Assembly: GCA_016868915.1 (NCBI GenBank)
Contig: VGFL01000001.1
Location: 1-58,648, forward strand
Origin: Bacteroidota bacterium
GTDB taxonomy: Bacteria > Bacteroidota > Bacteroidia > Flavobacteriales_D > Crocinitomicaceae
Direction: 5' to 3'
Length of the DNA stretch: 58,648 nucleotides
The notes under the pieces: generated by a model
Told to the model about the DNA's origin: nothing
Databases searched by the model: none
The model's input: the letters and a program-made list of their open reading frames with translations, nothing else
Shown: positions 9,221 to 18,183 of the stretch, in pieces
How the letters are laid out: every line of letters begins with the position of its first letter
Numbering within the stretch: position 1 is the first letter of the stretch
Translations under genes and position numbers: made by a program

Positions 9221-10678
9221 ATGAATAGCCCATTACGTAAATTAGTTGGTCAGACAGCAATTTATGGCTTGTCAAGTATTGTAGGGAGGCTACTTAATTA
9301 CCTTCTAGTTCCTTTATATACCTACAAATTTGCCAACGCTGCAGATTACGGGGTTGTTTCTGAGTTATATGCTTGGGTAGCATTTCTTGTAGTTCTTCTC
9401 TCGTTTGGAATGGAAACCACCTATTTTCGTTTTAGTAAAGAAACAGAAAACGAAAAAGAAGTTTTTAACTGTTGTTTCTTAACCCTTTTAGTTGTAAATC
9501 TCTCTTTTCTTTTGTTCATTTTCATTTTACACCAACCCATTGCAAATGCAATGCTTTTTAACGATCATCCAGAATACATAATCTTATTATCCTTAATTGT
9601 AGTTTTAGATGGGCTTTCTGTGCTTCCCTTGGCAAGGCTTAGAGCTAAAGAAAAAGCAATGAAATTTGCAGCTATTAACTTTACAGCAATAATTGTTAAT
9701 ATTTCCCTGAATCTCTTTTTTCTACTTGTTTTGTTCGACCCTGCTGATCCAGAACAAGGAATACTGTACATTTTACTTGCTAACTTGATTGCATCAGCCC
9801 TTAAACCAATCATTTTAATAAATGATTTTTTAAAAATTCGCTTCAACCCTAATTGGAGCTTAATAAGGCGTATGTTATTATTTGCATCGCCTCTCGTTTT
9901 AGCCGGATTTGCCGGCATTATTAATGAAACATTGGATAGAATCTTACTTAAACAAATTCTATACGATCCTTCAAGTCCTGATTCCTTAGAAATTGCCGAA
10001 GCACAAGTGGGCATATATAGTGCTTGTTATAAATTGGCAATGCTCGTAACAATTATTATTCAGGCCTTTCGTTACGCCGCAGAGCCTTTCTTTTTTACGC
10101 ATCAAGACAATAAGAAAAAGAATCAAATTTACGTTCGCATTATGAATTATTTCTTTGGGTTTTTATGCCTAATTTTTTTAGGTGTAACTATGAATATCGA
10201 TGTCTTAAAATATTTTATTCAAAACGAAACCTATTGGGAAGGCTTAGGTGTTGTCCCAATTTTATTGATTGCTAATATTTTTCTTGGTGTATATTATAAT
10301 CAAAGCATTTGGTATAAGTTATCAGATAAAACCAAGTTTGGTGCAATAATAGCCTTTTCAGGTGCAATCCTTACCATTTTAATAAACCTATTATTTATAC
10401 CCAAATACGGCTACTGGGCAAGCGCCTGGGCAACTTTAATAGCGTATGGTTTTCAAATGATTTTTTCCTATATTTTAGGACAACGATATTACCCTATTCC
10501 ATATAACATAGGCAAATTAAGTATTTATTTTGGCGGATGTTTTATTTTCTACTTTACTTTTTCAAAAATAAATTTTGAAGTACAATTTTTAAACTACCTT
10601 TTTAAAAATTCCAGTTTGATTCTGTTTGCATTTTTCTTTTTGGGTGTAGAAAAATTTTGGAAAGAAAAACAAAGCTAA
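9221..10678 (+). CDS. MOP-superfamily polysaccharide/oligosaccharide flippase (Wzx-like)
   Basis: 485 aa and highly hydrophobic, about 12-14 TM segments. N-terminal LVGQTAIYGLSSIVGRLLNYLLVPLYT is typical of polysaccharide biosynthesis (Polysacc_synt) proteins. Confidence 0.7.
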   Translation: MNSPLRKLVGQTAIYGLSSIVGRLLNYLLVPLYTYKFANAADYGVVSELYAWVAFLVVLLSFGMETTYFRFSKETENEKEVFNCCFLTLLVVNLSFLLFIFILHQPIANAMLFNDHPEYIILLSLIVVLDGLSVLPLARLRAKEKAMKFAAINFTAIIVNISLNLFFLLVLFDPADPEQGILYILLANLIASALKPIILINDFLKIRFNPNWSLIRRMLLFASPLVLAGFAGIINETLDRILLKQILYDPSSPDSLEIAEAQVGIYSACYKLAMLVTIIIQAFRYAAEPFFFTHQDNKKKNQIYVRIMNYFFGFLCLIFLGVTMNIDVLKYFIQNETYWEGLGVVPILLIANIFLGVYYNQSIWYKLSDKTKFGAIIAFSGAILTILINLLFIPKYGYWASAWATLIAYGFQMIFSYILGQRYYPIPYNIGKLSIYFGGCFIFYFTFSKINFEVQFLNYLFKNSSLILFAFFFLGVEKFWKEKQS

Positions 10679-10723
10679 TTTATATCTATCCTCAATTTAT
10701 TGCTAAAAGAGGATTCTCCTGAT

Positions 10724-10759
10724 CTAAAATAAAAGGGGCTTCAATAAATTACAAGCCCC
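10724..10759 (-). terminator. intrinsic terminator of the TBDR / mini-lipoprotein operon
   Basis: Minus-strand reading gives GGGGCTT-11 nt loop-AAGCCCC followed by TTTTATTTTAG. Located 16 nt after the stop of the 72-aa ORF. Confidence 0.6.
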
Positions 10760-10774
10760 AAAAATTTCATTAAA

Positions 10775-10993
10775 TTAATGCCCATGACAATGAACCTCAT
10801 ATGCATTTCCACTTGCATCAGTATATCCGTCTGCTTCAAGATTTTCTAACTCATCCCCACAATACTCACCCAGCTCAACCTCTGAACCATCTGGCTCATC
10901 ATAATGACACTCGTGACATTCATTTTTTTTACAAGATTGCAAGTTTGCAGCAAGAAAAACTACTGCACCAAAAATAAAAATTGACTTTTTCAT
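10775..10993 (-). CDS. Cys/His-rich acidic mini-lipoprotein (putative metal-binding partner of the upstream TonB-dependent receptor)
   Basis: 72 aa. The 20-aa signal peptide has lipobox LQS|C. The 52-aa mature part has 5 Cys, 5 His and 15 Asp/Glu, with CHECH near the N-terminus and a C-terminal HCHGH. Its start lies 1 nt after the TBDR stop, and a terminator follows. Confidence 0.6.
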   Translation of the reverse strand: MKKSIFIFGAVVFLAANLQSCKKNECHECHYDEPDGSEVELGEYCGDELENLEADGYTDASGNAYEVHCHGH

Positions 10994-10994
10994 A

Positions 10995-13226
10995 TTATTT
11001 GTTTTTAAGATTTTGGGTTAAATTATAATTAAAACTAAGGTAAAAATTCCTTCCCGGTCCAGGCATACCAATGTTTTTAAGACGAGAAAGATGATCAATA
11101 AATTTTGTATTCAAAATATTTTTACAGCCAATATTCAACTGTATGTTTTTTTTAATCTCAATTGAGAAAGAAGCATCCAATAAATGATAAGAGCTACTCG
11201 GTGTTTCAATAAATGCAACTTGGTTTTGTGCTCCCATAAATGTATATTGCACAAATAGTTCTTTTAAGGTTATTTTCCTGCCTAAATTGAATGAGTAACG
11301 CAATGAATTTTGAAATCTTGGCTGCGGAATCAATGAAATACTACTGTCTGAATTTGTCTTAACATAAATCAATGAAACGGAGCTTTCAATGTGCAGGTTA
11401 TGTGCAAAATGAGGGTGGTAATGAACTGCGACATCGCCCCCGTAAAAGAGAACAGATGATAATTGACGGTATTTAAAAACCGGAATATTTTCAATAAGTG
11501 AATCAACTGGTTGAATATAAATATAGTTTCGTATTTGATTAATAAACGGATTGACAACAACAACAACATGCTCACGCGTTATTTCAGTGGTTACATCTAA
11601 TTGAGAGGCGTATTCAGGTATGAGATTTCGGTCTCCTATTTCATAGCGTAAAGCCCCATGATGAAACCCATTTGATACTAGCTCCGTTAGATGCGGGGCT
11701 CTATAACCCGTTGAGATAGCTGTTCTAAACGTGACTTTTTTGCCACCATAAACACTACCAAAAGAAGCATTAAAACCATCGTAATTTCGTGTTAATAGAT
11801 CGCTTCCACCAAAAGGATGAAATGTATTTAAATTTCGAATATCATAACGCACGCCGGCTTGAAAATTCCATAGTTTCATTGAATATTGGATTGATGTATA
11901 TAAACCGTTATCAATCGTTAACGAATTAGGTATTAACGTATCCGATGCATTAGGTTCATTGTCATTTAACTGAACCATCCCTTGTATACCGCTTGTGAAC
12001 TTTATATTTTTTACTGATTTATTTATCCATTTGATCGTGTAAATTGAATTCATCAAATTCATACTTAAGCTGGGAATTGTAACTTTTTCATCGTATTCTA
12101 TAAGTTGGTTGTATGTCCATCCCGTAAGAATATGGTATTCATTTTTAGACATAAACCATTTATTATCTGAAGAAATATAATGGTTACTAAAAAATTGCGC
12201 TGGTAACATATATTTACGCCCTTGTTGGTCAGAAAAAAATGTTTCCGCTGTTGCAGTAGTGTCGTGTGTATGGCCTGGAATTCCAACTGTTGAATGAACA
12301 TAATTATACCTAATATTATGAACACTTTTTTTACCAGTAAAACCGAGAGAAGTTTTTAAAACTAACTCATCAAACCGAGAATTTTGGGCAAATTTTTTAT
12401 TCGGAAGTTCAAAGTCAGCATGGTTTGAGTAACCCGCTCCAAACATCCAACGAAACCTATCATTTGATTGCCTAAATATAAAACGTCCTGACCCACCTGA
12501 TGTATTTGTTTGTCCCAATCCGTATACTTGAATTTCTCTTGTGCCGGTCGCTGCATATGGGGCATCTGAAAAATAAATTACCCCTCCTAAAGCATCAGCA
12601 CCATATAATAGTGAAGACGGCCCTTTAATAACTTCAACGGAACCAAGCCCTAATTCTGATATACCCATGCCATGATCCCCTCCCCACTGCTGTCCTTCTA
12701 TTCGTAATCCATTTAATAAACTGACTACTCGCATTCCTTGTTGTCCTCTAACAACCGGTTTGGCAATCCCATTCCCTAAACTAGCTTGATAAACACCTGG
12801 GATTTTACTAATTATTTCGCCCATATTAATGGCATAAATATTTGTTAGTTCAGATAATTTACGCGTCTCGATATGAAAGGGATTTTGATTTTGAATTTGA
12901 GTGGAGCTCCCTGATATAGTAATTTCTTGTAAGTCAACGTGCTGAGGTGTTAAGTAAAAAATAAATTCTTTCTGGTTAGTAATTGTAATAAACTTATTTT
13001 GATACCCTTTCGCAGAAATTTTTACGGAGTAAGACTCTAATTTTGGTTTTACTAACGTAAATTTTCCGAGCGAATCAGAAATTGTTCTTTGATCGCTTTC
13101 AATAATGTAAAATACTGCCTCTGAAACCCCCTTAGATGTCGCCTCTGATAAAACCCTACCTTCAATTTTTTGAGAAAAAATAAGGGCATTTAATGAAATA
13201 AAAAAGGTGAAAAATAATTTTTTCAT
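10995..13226 (-). CDS. TonB-dependent receptor
   Basis: 743 aa. Signal peptide, then a CarboxypepD_reg-like N-domain (IEGRVLSE...). Plug motifs IPGVYQAS...VVRGQQGMRVVSLLNGLRIEGQQWGGDHG and EVIKGPSSLLYGADALGGVIYF. Long beta-barrel follows. Confidence 0.85.
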   Translation of the reverse strand: MKKLFFTFFISLNALIFSQKIEGRVLSEATSKGVSEAVFYIIESDQRTISDSLGKFTLVKPKLESYSVKISAKGYQNKFITITNQKEFIFYLTPQHVDLQEITISGSSTQIQNQNPFHIETRKLSELTNIYAINMGEIISKIPGVYQASLGNGIAKPVVRGQQGMRVVSLLNGLRIEGQQWGGDHGMGISELGLGSVEVIKGPSSLLYGADALGGVIYFSDAPYAATGTREIQVYGLGQTNTSGGSGRFIFRQSNDRFRWMFGAGYSNHADFELPNKKFAQNSRFDELVLKTSLGFTGKKSVHNIRYNYVHSTVGIPGHTHDTTATAETFFSDQQGRKYMLPAQFFSNHYISSDNKWFMSKNEYHILTGWTYNQLIEYDEKVTIPSLSMNLMNSIYTIKWINKSVKNIKFTSGIQGMVQLNDNEPNASDTLIPNSLTIDNGLYTSIQYSMKLWNFQAGVRYDIRNLNTFHPFGGSDLLTRNYDGFNASFGSVYGGKKVTFRTAISTGYRAPHLTELVSNGFHHGALRYEIGDRNLIPEYASQLDVTTEITREHVVVVVNPFINQIRNYIYIQPVDSLIENIPVFKYRQLSSVLFYGGDVAVHYHPHFAHNLHIESSVSLIYVKTNSDSSISLIPQPRFQNSLRYSFNLGRKITLKELFVQYTFMGAQNQVAFIETPSSSYHLLDASFSIEIKKNIQLNIGCKNILNTKFIDHLSRLKNIGMPGPGRNFYLSFNYNLTQNLKNK

Positions 13227-13264
13227 TATTGATATTCGATATCGGGAGCTAAAATTTTCAATTA

Positions 13265-13280
13265 CAAAAGTACAAATTTA
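13265..13280 (-). promoter_or_regulatory. two abutting candidate -7 boxes (TAAATTTG, TACTTTTG) upstream of the TBDR
   Basis: Both are exact TAnnTTTG matches on the minus strand, 39-54 nt upstream of the ATG at 13226. A third match (TATCTTTG) is at 13301-13308. Confidence 0.35.
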
Positions 13281-13412
13281 CTGCAACAAAATTGCAATAA
13301 CAAAGATAATATCGTTTTTTTATGCTTAAAAATAAAAATTCACCCCATTTACAATTATCCACAAGATGGTACTCTTAACTACTTTTATAAGCAAATTACG
13401 TAACTTTACAGA

Positions 13413-14549
13413 ATGTATTTTTCTTCCAAATTACCAAATGTTGGAACCACCATTTTTACCACCATGTCAAAAATGGCACAGGACTACGATGCCATAAATT
13501 TATCACAGGGGTTTCCTAATTTTCCAATAGATCCTCTACTTCAAGAAATAGTTCAAAAAAAGACTTTAGAAAACGTACATCAGTATGTCCCGATGGCGGG
13601 GCTGCCCGCACTGCTTGATAAAGTCGGCGAATTAATTTTTAATCAATATCAAAGACAAATCGATGCGACTACAGAACTCTTAATAACTGCTGGTGCGACC
13701 CAGGCAATTTTCACTGTTGTGCAAGCCATCGTTCAAAAAGGGGAGGAGGTAATCATCCTCGATCCCAGCTACGATTGTTACGAATCCCCTATTATTTTGG
13801 TGGGAGCTAAACCTATCCGTATTCCACTTAACGAAGATTTTCTGCCCGACTGGAAAAAAATAAGGGATGCTGTTTCCAGTAAGACGCGACTGATAATAAC
13901 TAACAACCCACACAATCCTAGTGGTAAAGTTTGGCATAAAGAAGATTTTAAAGAACTCGAAAAGTTGGTTAACGATTTTCCCAATTTAATGGTTTTATCA
14001 GATGAGGTATATGAATTCATCCATTTTGAAAACAAGCACTTATCTGTAAATTGCTCAGAGATTTTAAAAAATCGCTCTATTGTTGTTTCATCTTTTGGTA
14101 AAACGTTTCACATTACGGGATGGAAAGTAGGTTATGTTGTGGCGCCTGAATTATTCATGAGGGAGATTAAAAAAGTACATCAATTTTTGGTCTTTTGTGT
14201 AAATAGTTTAGCGCAGGCCTCTTTAGCGGAATATATGAATTATGTTGACGTTTCCAAATTGGGGAAATTTTATCAGAATAAAAGAGATGATTTTCGTCTA
14301 AAAATGAAAAATAGTCGTTTTGAATTGCTTCCTTGTGAAGGAAGTTATTTTCAACTGGCAAAATACGCTACTATTTCCAATGAAAATGACGTTGAATTTG
14401 CCAAAAGATTGGTTATTGAAAATGGTGTAGCAACGATACCTCTTTCGGTTTTCAATGCCAATGGAGATGATCGAAAAATTCTAAGGTTTTGTTTTGCCAA
14501 GGACGATAAAACGATTCAACAAGCAACAGAAAAACTATGCAAGATTTAA
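13413..14549 (+). CDS. ybdL: PLP-dependent aminotransferase, YbdL-type methionine/glutamine-oxo-acid transaminase
   Basis: 378 aa. The N-terminus SKLPNVGTTIFTTMSKMAQDYDAINLSQGFPNF closely parallels E. coli YbdL. PLP-lysine motif SSFGKTFHITGWKVGY. Confidence 0.85.
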   Translation: MYFSSKLPNVGTTIFTTMSKMAQDYDAINLSQGFPNFPIDPLLQEIVQKKTLENVHQYVPMAGLPALLDKVGELIFNQYQRQIDATTELLITAGATQAIFTVVQAIVQKGEEVIILDPSYDCYESPIILVGAKPIRIPLNEDFLPDWKKIRDAVSSKTRLIITNNPHNPSGKVWHKEDFKELEKLVNDFPNLMVLSDEVYEFIHFENKHLSVNCSEILKNRSIVVSSFGKTFHITGWKVGYVVAPELFMREIKKVHQFLVFCVNSLAQASLAEYMNYVDVSKLGKFYQNKRDDFRLKMKNSRFELLPCEGSYFQLAKYATISNENDVEFAKRLVIENGVATIPLSVFNANGDDRKILRFCFAKDDKTIQQATEKLCKI

Positions 14550-15310
14550 AAGTTACGCTGCTTCAAGTTGATCAGGCCTGGGAAGATAAACAAGGAAACT
14601 TCAATAAGTATGAAGCTGTATTTTCTCATTTAGTTGAAACAGATTTGGTTCTTCTTCCTGAAATGTTTCATACAGGATTTAGTATGAATGTGAGTGCGTT
14701 GGCTGAAGATTGGGAAGACTCAGAGGGATTAAATTTTCTTAAAAAATGGGCAAAACAGCTGGATTCCTCAATTTATACTTCTCTAATTATCAAAGAAGGT
14801 ACTTATTATTACAACCGAGGAGTTTTTGTATACCCGAATAGCGAAGTGAAATGTTATGATAAGCGCAAATCCTTTGGTCTAGGGGGCGAAGATCAATTTT
14901 ACAAGGCAGGTAATGATGAAGTTATTGTAGAGTGGAAAGGTTGGAGGATAAATCTACAGATATGCTATGATTTACGTTTTCCTGAGTTGATTCGTAACCG
15001 CATAGAGAAAGGTGTTGCTGCCTACGATTTACTTCTTTATGTGGCAAATTGGCCAAAGAAAAGAATTGCACATTGGGATGTGTTATTGAGGGCTAGAGCG
15101 ATTGAAAATCAGTGTTATGTTGTTGGGGTTAATCGAATAGGTACTGACGGTAACGGATTAGAATATTGCGGCGAATCTGCCTGTTATAATGCGCTTGGTG
15201 AAAAAACACCTTTTTCAGATGTAAAACAATTGACTTTTGAAACAATTACTTTGAATCAATCAGATTTGCAAAAAACGCGTCAAAATCTCCCGTTTCTTAT
15301 CGATCGATAG
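14537..15310 (+). CDS. yafV: nitrilase-superfamily omega-amidase (YafV-type 2-oxoglutaramate amidase)
   Basis: 257 aa. LPEMFHTGF (Glu), YDKRKSF (Lys) and ICYDLRFPE (Cys) form the catalytic triad. VANWPKKRIAHWDVLLRARAIENQCYV parallels E. coli YafV. Overlaps ybdL by 13 nt. Confidence 0.85.
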   Translation: MQDLKVTLLQVDQAWEDKQGNFNKYEAVFSHLVETDLVLLPEMFHTGFSMNVSALAEDWEDSEGLNFLKKWAKQLDSSIYTSLIIKEGTYYYNRGVFVYPNSEVKCYDKRKSFGLGGEDQFYKAGNDEVIVEWKGWRINLQICYDLRFPELIRNRIEKGVAAYDLLLYVANWPKKRIAHWDVLLRARAIENQCYVVGVNRIGTDGNGLEYCGESACYNALGEKTPFSDVKQLTFETITLNQSDLQKTRQNLPFLIDR

Positions 15311-15330
15311 GTTTTTAGCGTTCTTATTTG

Positions 15331-15338
15331 TATATTTG
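15331..15338 (+). promoter_or_regulatory. candidate -7 promoter box TATATTTG
   Basis: Exact TAnnTTTG match 21 nt upstream of the ATG at 15360. Confidence 0.35.
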
Positions 15339-15359
15339 AGTCGAAAAAATATATATGAT

Positions 15360-17690
15360 ATGAAAAAAATTTTACTTTCACTTGCTATTTTTAGTGTCAC
15401 AGGTGTCTTTGCACAAAAAAATGCGCGTATTTTTAAATCTAACGAATTAATTAGCAAAGATTTAAAAACAGAAAACATCCCGGGATTGATTACCGAAAAA
15501 ACCATTACCACTTTATGGCTTGATAATTTTTCGAATGCTTCAACCTGGTCAATAGATAACAGTGGTCAAACAGAAGCTGCTTTTGGGTGGAATATCAACA
15601 ACTCATCGCAAGGATGGTGGTCTGCTAATGGAATTTCTGCAACTGGAACCTCTGGAGGGAACAACGCAGAGTTGGTAAATGGCGACCCTACAGAAAGCCC
15701 GGCTACTCAAGCCTTAAATGTAGTTTACACCATGACTACTGCTGCTCCAATCAATATTGCAGCTCTTGGTGGAAACAACCAAGTTTCTCTTCAATTTAAA
15801 CAATTCGGAGCTCGTTTCAATGATTTACAAGAAATTCAAATCTCTACAGATGGTTCTACATTTGTTACTGTTGGGGATAATTTAGACAAAGAAGTTTTGT
15901 CTGCTGCAGGAGGCTCTCCTTATCCAAATCCCGATACAAAAACCATCAACTTAGCATCTTACCTAAGCACAAATCCCACATCAGTGTGGATACGTTTTAG
16001 ATGGACAACAAATTTCCCGGCTTCTGCCACAAATCCGAACGTTTGGATTACCTATGGTTGGTACATTGACGATGTTAGAATAATCACGAATCCTGATTAT
16101 GACCTGTCTACTACATTCAATTATTGGGGTACCGCTGGATTGAATTATTATCAAATCCCAAGCACACAAATTGCACCAATCGACTTTTCATCTGACGTTC
16201 TAAATGGTGGTTTAGTAACCTTATCTGGCGCTATGTTAAAAGCAGAGGTCTTCCAGGGGGCAACAAATGTTTTTACCGGAATGAGCGCGGGAACAGTTGT
16301 GCCTTCATTAGATACTGCTTCTTTAGATGTGACAACATCTTTTACACCGCCAGCTAACGTGGCAAACTACACAATTAAAAGAAAAATAATTTTAGGATAC
16401 CTTCCAAATGGACAGATTCTTTCCGGATCTCTTTCTGGAGCTGGGTCGGGATATTCAACTGCGTCAGGTGTAGGGGCCTCTGGAGGTTCTGGTACAGGGG
16501 CATCATTTAATTTAATTGCTTCTGCAAATGGTGTGGTTTCGGGTGGAACTCTAACTTCGGGTGGATCCGGGTACAATGACGCATCGGGAGTGGCTACGAG
16601 CGGTGGCTCTGGATCTGGCTTAACATTAGATATTTCTACTGACCCAGGAAGTGGTGAAATTACTTCAGCGATAATTTCTTCAGGAGGAACAGGATACCTG
16701 GTTGGAGAATTCTTAGAAATTTCTGGTGGAAATAGTGACGCTATCTATACGATTGATGCTATTTCTGGGGGTGCTGTGACATCTGTCACATTGAATAATG
16801 TAGGTTCAGGCTACACCGCGGGAGATGTATTAACCCTTGCTGGCGGTTCTGCAACATACACTGTTGGAACAGTTACAAATAATACTGAAATTGTTGACGA
16901 ACTTCCGGGGAACAATACAATCGCGGATGTCAACTTTGGTGTAACAAACTTTATTTACGCAAGAGATAACAATACATTTGCTGGAAGTACTTCGAACGGA
17001 ACTGACGGCTTTGAAGTTGGAAATCTTTTTGATATTTGGAGTGATCAAACTTTAAATGGATTGACGATTCGGCTTGCTGGAGGTGCAAATGGTACTGCTG
17101 TTGGAACAGAAATTTTTGTCAAAATATATGGAATAGAAAATGGAGACTTCGCTTTTATTGAAGAATCAGCTCCTTTCATTGTTGCAGCGAATAATACAAA
17201 TACTTTGCTAACTATTCCTTTCTTAAGCCCAGTTAATTTGGTAACCGGTGAAACATATTTGGTTGTTGTTGGATCATATGATGCAACCTTGAAAGTTTCC
17301 AATGCCGGTTCCTCACAACCACAAACATGTTTCTTTAAGGATTTAGCAGACGATACTTGGTATTATACAACGTCAACGCCTGTGGTGCGCATGAATTTTG
17401 ATCCAACGGTTGGAATGTCAGACGCGATAGACCTTGTAAGCGAGGTTAAAGTATATCCAAATCCAACAGATTCTGAAGCGACTTTAGAATTTAATTTATC
17501 AAATAACTCGGATGTTGTTGTTACAATTACTGATATTTTAGGTCAAATCGTTTCGTTATCAGCCTTAACAAACACACAATCTGGTTTGAATTCTATCTCG
17601 CTAAATTGTTCTTCATATCAAAGCGGTATTTATTATGTAGCTGTAGAATCAAATGGTTCAAAAATTACTAAGAAGTTTATTAAGAAATAA
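15360..17690 (+). CDS. secreted T9SS cargo protein with Gly-rich G-x-G-Y repeats and a T9SS type A C-terminal sorting domain
   Basis: The ORF track start at 15336 is TTG; the ATG at 15360 gives the signal peptide MKKILLSLAIFSVTGVFAQ. The C-terminus (VKVYPNPTDSEATLEFNL...GIYYVAVESNGSKITKKFIKK) is a typical T9SS CTD. The N-terminal region resembles choice-of-anchor J-type domains, which is an uncertain call. Confidence 0.8.
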   Translation: MKKILLSLAIFSVTGVFAQKNARIFKSNELISKDLKTENIPGLITEKTITTLWLDNFSNASTWSIDNSGQTEAAFGWNINNSSQGWWSANGISATGTSGGNNAELVNGDPTESPATQALNVVYTMTTAAPINIAALGGNNQVSLQFKQFGARFNDLQEIQISTDGSTFVTVGDNLDKEVLSAAGGSPYPNPDTKTINLASYLSTNPTSVWIRFRWTTNFPASATNPNVWITYGWYIDDVRIITNPDYDLSTTFNYWGTAGLNYYQIPSTQIAPIDFSSDVLNGGLVTLSGAMLKAEVFQGATNVFTGMSAGTVVPSLDTASLDVTTSFTPPANVANYTIKRKIILGYLPNGQILSGSLSGAGSGYSTASGVGASGGSGTGASFNLIASANGVVSGGTLTSGGSGYNDASGVATSGGSGSGLTLDISTDPGSGEITSAIISSGGTGYLVGEFLEISGGNSDAIYTIDAISGGAVTSVTLNNVGSGYTAGDVLTLAGGSATYTVGTVTNNTEIVDELPGNNTIADVNFGVTNFIYARDNNTFAGSTSNGTDGFEVGNLFDIWSDQTLNGLTIRLAGGANGTAVGTEIFVKIYGIENGDFAFIEESAPFIVAANNTNTLLTIPFLSPVNLVTGETYLVVVGSYDATLKVSNAGSSQPQTCFFKDLADDTWYYTTSTPVVRMNFDPTVGMSDAIDLVSEVKVYPNPTDSEATLEFNLSNNSDVVVTITDILGQIVSLSALTNTQSGLNSISLNCSSYQSGIYYVAVESNGSKITKKFIKK
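16432..16875 (+). repeat. four protein-level repeats (period about 38-40 aa) built around G-[SGT]-G-Y ... SGG motifs
   Basis: AGSGYSTASGVGASGGSGTG, GGSGYNDASGVATSGGSGSG, GGTGYLVGEFLEISGG and VGSGYTAGDVLTLAGG, with G-x-G-Y codons near 16453, 16561, 16682 and 16801. Diverged at the DNA level. Confidence 0.6.
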
Positions 17691-17709
17691 TTAATTTCAA
17701 CGTTATTTT

Positions 17710-17736
17710 AGGCCGGTTTTACCCGGCCTTTTTTGT
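17710..17736 (+). terminator. intrinsic terminator after the T9SS cargo gene
   Basis: AGGCCGG-TTTTAC-CCGGCCT followed by TTTTTTG, 20 nt after the stop codon. Confidence 0.8.
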
Positions 17737-17738
17737 TT

Positions 17739-18155
17739 ATGGATTATTGGATTTACCTCAGTTTATTTATAAGTTGTTTTTTATCGGCAACAATTCTTCC
17801 AATCCCTTCGGAAATTGGATTGGTTGCAGTAATTACTTCTGGGTATGATCCTGTTATATCTGTTATTTTGGCAACTATTGGAAATAGTCTGGGTGGGTTA
17901 ACAAATTATTTTTTAGGTAGATTTAGTAAGAGTCTATGGGTCAAGAAAAAAGGTGCTGACAAAAAACAATTTAGTAAGCTGATGCCTTATATAACTAAGT
18001 ATGGAAGTTTGTGTGCTTTACTAAGTTGGATTCCAGTTATTGGCGATCCTTTATTGTTGATGCTGGGATTCATGAGAATTCGTTTCCTTCCTATTGTTAT
18101 TTACATGGTAGCGGGTAAGCTCACTAGATACATTGTTCTTGCCTTATTTTTCTGA
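17739..18155 (+). CDS. YqaA-family (DedA/VTT-related) membrane protein
   Basis: The ORF track start at 17733 is TTG; an ATG is at 17739. SATILPIPSEIGLVAV and ATIGNSLGGLTNYFLGR match the YqaA pattern. About four TM segments. Confidence 0.65.
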   Translation: MDYWIYLSLFISCFLSATILPIPSEIGLVAVITSGYDPVISVILATIGNSLGGLTNYFLGRFSKSLWVKKKGADKKQFSKLMPYITKYGSLCALLSWIPVIGDPLLLMLGFMRIRFLPIVIYMVAGKLTRYIVLALFF

Positions 18156-18183
18156 CTGAAGGATATATAAAGTACTTTTGCAA

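Noticed and set aside
9565-10014. 149-aa minus-strand ORF
   Set aside because: It is antisense inside the Wzx-like flippase gene, which has a coherent TM pattern. No signal or motif is present, so it is a shadow ORF.
13237-13244. CGATATCG palindrome and GATAAT-like strings upstream of the TonB-dependent receptor, as a possible Fur/Zur box
   Set aside because: It is only 8 bp and does not match a Fur or Zur consensus I can state precisely. Comparative data are needed, as noted in the TBDR finding.
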